Source: Candidatus Omnitrophota bacterium (lineage in GTDB: Bacteria > Omnitrophota > Gorgyraeia > Gygaellales > Gygaellaceae). From it: DNA of 64,000 nt. Below, one piece after another: positions 60,338-64,000 of the stretch (position 1 is its first letter; each line of letters opens with the position of its first letter). Under the pieces are notes generated by a model, which did not search any database, was not told the origin of the DNA, and saw only the letters and a list, made by a program, of their open reading frames with translations. The position numbers and the translations under genes were made by a program. Where the stretch lies: contig JAGYNB010000001.1 of assembly GCA_018400015.1 (NCBI GenBank), positions 6,815 to 70,814 of the forward strand. Reading direction: 5' to 3'.

Positions 60338-60944
60338 TACTCTCTATAGGCATTTTGGTCCTCAATATTGGTGGCCTGCAGATAGTGTTTTTGAGATTAT
60401 AATCGGAGCGATATTAACTCAAAATACCAATTGGCAGAATGTCGAGATGGCGATTAGTAATTTAAGAAAAGCAAAACTGCTTCATGCGAAAAAACTTTAT
60501 TTGCTTAAGACCAAAAAACTCGCCCAGCTTATAAGGCCTTCCGGGTATTACAATATTAAAGCTAAAAGGTTGAAATGTTTCTTGAAGTTCCTGTTTAACA
60601 ATTACAACGGAAGTTTGAGCAAAATGTTAAATAAAGATTTGTTGAGCTTGCGCGAAGAGTTGTTATCGATTAAAGGTATAGGCGAGGAAACAGCAGATTC
60701 AATAATTCTTTATGCAGCTAAATTGCCAATATTTGTGGTGGATGCCTATACAAAAAGATTCTGCCAAAGACATCGGTTAACAGATATAAATGCAAGTTAT
60801 GCTGAAACGCAAAAGGTATTTATGGATAACCTTAAGGAAGACGCTAGATTGTTTAATGAATTTCACGCACTCTTAGTAAGATTAGGAAAAGAATTTTGTT
60901 TAAAAACTAAACCAAAATGCAAAGAATGCCCTTTAAAAAATTAG
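60309..60944 (+). CDS. HhH-GPD family DNA glycosylase (endonuclease III-like)
   Basis: HFGPQYWWPADS N-terminus. HhH-GPD block LLSIKGIGEETADSIILYA...VVDAYTKR. C-terminal partial Cys cluster. Confidence 0.6.
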   Translation: MKQVLTRVYSTLYRHFGPQYWWPADSVFEIIIGAILTQNTNWQNVEMAISNLRKAKLLHAKKLYLLKTKKLAQLIRPSGYYNIKAKRLKCFLKFLFNNYNGSLSKMLNKDLLSLREELLSIKGIGEETADSIILYAAKLPIFVVDAYTKRFCQRHRLTDINASYAETQKVFMDNLKEDARLFNEFHALLVRLGKEFCLKTKPKCKECPLKN

Positions 60945-63751
60945 TTTATTTATTTAGCGTGCTTTTATTTGTTGCGTTGTGGTCTATACCGGTTAAAGAT
61001 TGTTATGCAAAAGCATTAAGCTACGATATTAAAGCAGAGCTTGATTATGAAAATCATGTAATTGTTGCTACTGAGAAAGTAGATTTTATAAATAATTCAC
61101 AGTTTGATTTACGGGAGGTTTATTTTCATATTTATCCTAATAGGAAATATACAAAGAAAGAAATAGATTTTATTTATATGTATTCGGGATATTTTAAGAT
61201 GAATCCTTACCCGGAAGGTTTTGATCGGGGAGAGTTTAATATAAAGAACATATTTGTTAACGGACAAAATGCCAATTTCGTAATCGAAGGAGAAGATGAA
61301 ACGATTTTAAAAGTTAACCTACCAGGTAAGCTCCTTCCGGGAAAGAGCTTGAATATAAATATAGATTTTTCTTTGCGCATACCGCATGCCTATGGCCGTT
61401 TAGGATGGCATAAAAATATTATTTCTTTAAACAGGTGGTATCCAATTGTAAGCTACCTTGATGCTGATTCTTGGCGTAATCATCCATTTTATGTTTACCA
61501 TCAGCCTTTTGTTCAGGATGCAAGCAGTTATCAGGTAGAGCTTACCTTAAGGGACGATCTAAAAGTAATCAATTCTGCTGACCAACAAGAAATAAGCCTG
61601 GAAAACGGAAAAAAGACTTTGCTGTTGCAGTCTACTTATCCTGTTAGGGATTTCTCATTTGCAATCAGCCCGGATTATCAGATGATTGAAAAGAAATTCA
61701 ATAACATTTCCATAAAATCTTACTATTTATCCGGGGATGAAGATAAGGCCCGGCAGGCGCTGGAAAACGTTATTTCTTTATTTGCCTACTATACTGAAGA
61801 AATAGGCGACTATCCTTTTAAGAGTTTCAGCATAGCACCTGTATTCTTAGGCTACGGCGGTCATGAGACAAGCAATATGATTTTTATCGATACGCGCGCT
61901 TATAAAATGCCGGGTTTTCTAAAAAGACACTTTGATTTTTTAGTTTCGCATGAAACAGGACATCAGTGGTTTTATAATCTTATTGGTTCAGATGAATTTA
62001 AGGAAACATTTCTTGACGAGGGTCTAAATTCGTTTTTTTTACTGAAATATTTAGAGCATAAATACGGGAAAGATGCTCAAGTCTTAGATTTGCCAAACAG
62101 TTTAAAGTGGTTAGTGCCGAATTTTAGTTTTCAGGACGCAGGAAGGTTTCGGTATCTGTTTGCTGCTAAAAATGCATGGGATAGGCCTGTATTAGGAGAG
62201 CTATCTAGTTTTCAGGAGCCTTCAAGTATTTTTACGATTGCATATGGTAAAGGTACTCAGATTTTGACAGCCATTGAGTCTATTATTGGCACGGAAGAGT
62301 TTAATAAAGCGATAAAAGAGTATTTTCAGAACTTTAAGTTTAAACTTGCCAATACAAAAGATTTTATCGATATAGTTGACAAAGCAACGGAAATCGATTT
62401 AAAGCCGCTTATGGATAGGTTGCTTAATGAAGTCTATATATGTGATTATTCATTGGAGAAAATCGGCAATAAGTTATATTTGAAGAATAAAGGAACCCTT
62501 AAACAGCCCGTTGTTGTAAATATAGTTTATAAGGATAAAAGCAAAAAGCGATTATTTTTAGAAGGTAAAGATGAAATGACGGTTCTCCCGATAGAAAAAC
62601 TGGAAGATGTGGAAATTGTCTATTTGTCAGAGTCTGTTTTGTCTTTGGATGTAGATAAAACGAATAATTCTTTACCACGAAGGTTCAAATTAAGGATAGT
62701 TCCTCTATACTATTTTGTTTATGATTTACCTATCTTTGTTGATCCCACGGCAGTTAATTTTACAACCGGACCAACCATTGGTATAAACAGTCTGGGTATT
62801 AAGTCTTCATTACAGAAGATGCTTGATTATCACATTACGGCAGGCTCAGGCTATGATTTTAGCGAAAAACTTTTAATAAACGAAATGGGTGTAAATTTAT
62901 TTCATTTAAAAGACAAACAGATAAATCTTGGAATAAATTTATCAAAACAGAAGGACTATAAAGATAATAATTTTGTTAAAGACGATCTTGAAAGCATAAA
63001 AGTTTTTTTAAGAAAAGAGCTACGACCGGTTGGCTACGGGCTTTTTGAGCCCAACGATCATATAAGCGTTTATCTTTTACACGAAGACCGGCCAAAAGGT
63101 TTTTTAGTTAATAAAGGTATAGACCATTCGGGAAATAAAAATTATTATTTAAAAGATGAGTCTATGATCGGGATTGATTTTTGCATAAACCAGGCATCGA
63201 CATACCCTAACTATACTAAAGGGTACCAGGCATTTTTTAATATAGAACAGGCTGGACATTTCTTGTCGGGTGAAAGCGATTTTACAAGAGGCACGATTAA
63301 AATAAACAAGTTTTTGCCTGTTTCTGAAAAAGATTCATTGGGGCTGTTTTTTAAGCTGGGATTAGGCACTCCTAGGGATAAATACCTTTTTTTTGCCGGA
63401 GGTGCTAGTGGTTTAAGAGGGTATGACCGCAAAGACATCAAAGGCAGCAACATGTTTGTTTCGCGCATTGAGTACAAGAGCTCTATAGTTGAAGACTTAG
63501 GTTTGTATTTGGCAGATAATCTTATTCATTTTAATGAAGTTTATTTAATCCCATTTTTTGATATTGGTAAGTCATGGTTTGACAGCTTCAAAAGAGAAAG
63601 TTTTAAGAAAGATGCAGGTATTGGGGTTAGTTTTGATCTAGAATTAGCAGGGTTTCTAGAAGCAGTTTCTTTGCGTTTTGATTTTGCTCAGGCGATTGAT
63701 GAGCCGAAACAGGGTTCCCGAATCTGGTTTAGTTTAAATCAGTCATTTTAA
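60917..63751 (+). CDS. M1-family zinc aminopeptidase-like domain fused to a C-terminal Omp85 (surface antigen D15) beta-barrel
   Basis: Signal peptide. Gluzincin motif [30 protein letters not shown]-terminal [10 protein letters not shown] and terminal ...WFSLNQSF beta-signal. Confidence 0.7.
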   Translation: MQRMPFKKLVYLFSVLLFVALWSIPVKDCYAKALSYDIKAELDYENHVIVATEKVDFINNSQFDLREVYFHIYPNRKYTKKEIDFIYMYSGYFKMNPYPEGFDRGEFNIKNIFVNGQNANFVIEGEDETILKVNLPGKLLPGKSLNINIDFSLRIPHAYGRLGWHKNIISLNRWYPIVSYLDADSWRNHPFYVYHQPFVQDASSYQVELTLRDDLKVINSADQQEISLENGKKTLLLQSTYPVRDFSFAISPDYQMIEKKFNNISIKSYYLSGDEDKARQALENVISLFAYYTEEIGDYPFKSFSIAPVFLGYGGHETSNMIFIDTRAYKMPGFLKRHFDFLVSHETGHQWFYNLIGSDEFKETFLDEGLNSFFLLKYLEHKYGKDAQVLDLPNSLKWLVPNFSFQDAGRFRYLFAAKNAWDRPVLGELSSFQEPSSIFTIAYGKGTQILTAIESIIGTEEFNKAIKEYFQNFKFKLANTKDFIDIVDKATEIDLKPLMDRLLNEVYICDYSLEKIGNKLYLKNKGTLKQPVVVNIVYKDKSKKRLFLEGKDEMTVLPIEKLEDVEIVYLSESVLSLDVDKTNNSLPRRFKLRIVPLYYFVYDLPIFVDPTAVNFTTGPTIGINSLGIKSSLQKMLDYHITAGSGYDFSEKLLINEMGVNLFHLKDKQINLGINLSKQKDYKDNNFVKDDLESIKVFLRKELRPVGYGLFEPNDHISVYLLHEDRPKGFLVNKGIDHSGNKNYYLKDESMIGIDFCINQASTYPNYTKGYQAFFNIEQAGHFLSGESDFTRGTIKINKFLPVSEKDSLGLFFKLGLGTPRDKYLFFAGGASGLRGYDRKDIKGSNMFVSRIEYKSSIVEDLGLYLADNLIHFNEVYLIPFFDIGKSWFDSFKRESFKKDAGIGVSFDLELAGFLEAVSLRFDFAQAIDEPKQGSRIWFSLNQSF

Positions 63752-63752
63752 T

Positions 63753-64000
63753 ATGAAAAAGATAAAAAAACATTTTGGTTTTGTTTCTATTGTTGGAAGA
63801 GCAAATGTTGGTAAGTCAAGCCTGCTGAATAAAATCTTTGAAAGAAAGATTTCCATAGTTTCTCATGTTCCTCAGACAACAAGATACCAGATAAAAGCAA
63901 TTCTTACTGATAAAGAAAAAGGCCAGATTGTTTTTTTGGATACCCCCGGGCTTTATGTAGCAAAAGATAGGCTCGGTAAATACATGAGGCTTTCTTTAAA
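63753..64000 (+). CDS. era: GTPase Era (3'-truncated by the window edge)
   Basis: [17 protein letters not shown]1 motif. TTRYQI. DTPG. Confidence 0.85.
   Translation, partial: MKKIKKHFGFVSIVGRANVGKSSLLNKIFERKISIVSHVPQTTRYQIKAILTDKEKGQIVFLDTPGLYVAKDRLGKYMRLSL

Overview
This 64-kb window is AT-rich (roughly 35% GC by eye) and densely coding. I place all ~69 supportable features on the + strand, which suggests leading-strand organisation. Protein families point to an uncultivated, low-GC diderm bacterium (V/A-type ATPase, C-terminal Omp85 barrel, one giant ORF). This is an inference from gene content; Omnitrophota- or Elusimicrobiota-like is a low-confidence guess.

Content in order:
- gyrA 3' end and tRNA-Glu.
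- A tightly overlapped operon (1945-10041) holding a nitrogenase-like NifH/BchL-family reductase, two NifD/K-like subunits and three SPASM radical-SAM paralogs. I think this is the most novel system in the window.
- glmS and rsmI.
- A 2219-aa secreted giant protein with an internal Tat-like motif.
- A PyrR-attenuated pyrimidine cluster, pyrR-pyrB-pyrC ... carB ... pyrK-pyrD-pyrF-pyrE, interrupted by an EndoQ-like PHP nuclease, a flavodoxin, tRNA-Arg, a LOG-like gene, yjbQ, mutM and a half-size TSUP permease.
- A complete V/A-type ATPase operon in ntpFIKECGABD order.
- A signalling island with a GspE/PilB ATPase fused to a receiver domain, a multi-PAS protein, a histidine kinase and four standalone receivers.
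- tRNA-Val and tRNA-Asp, an SGNH hydrolase, cspA, pckG (GTP PEP carboxykinase) and purC.
- A tRNA-binding protein, yjbQ, YkgJ and DUF2156 group.
- A DnaQ exonuclease fused to a WYL domain.
- A transglutaminase-like lipoprotein, a TPR protein and a PilZ protein.
- An HhH-GPD glycosylase, an M1 peptidase fused to an Omp85 barrel, and the 5' end of era.

I saw no CRISPR array, IS element or rRNA.
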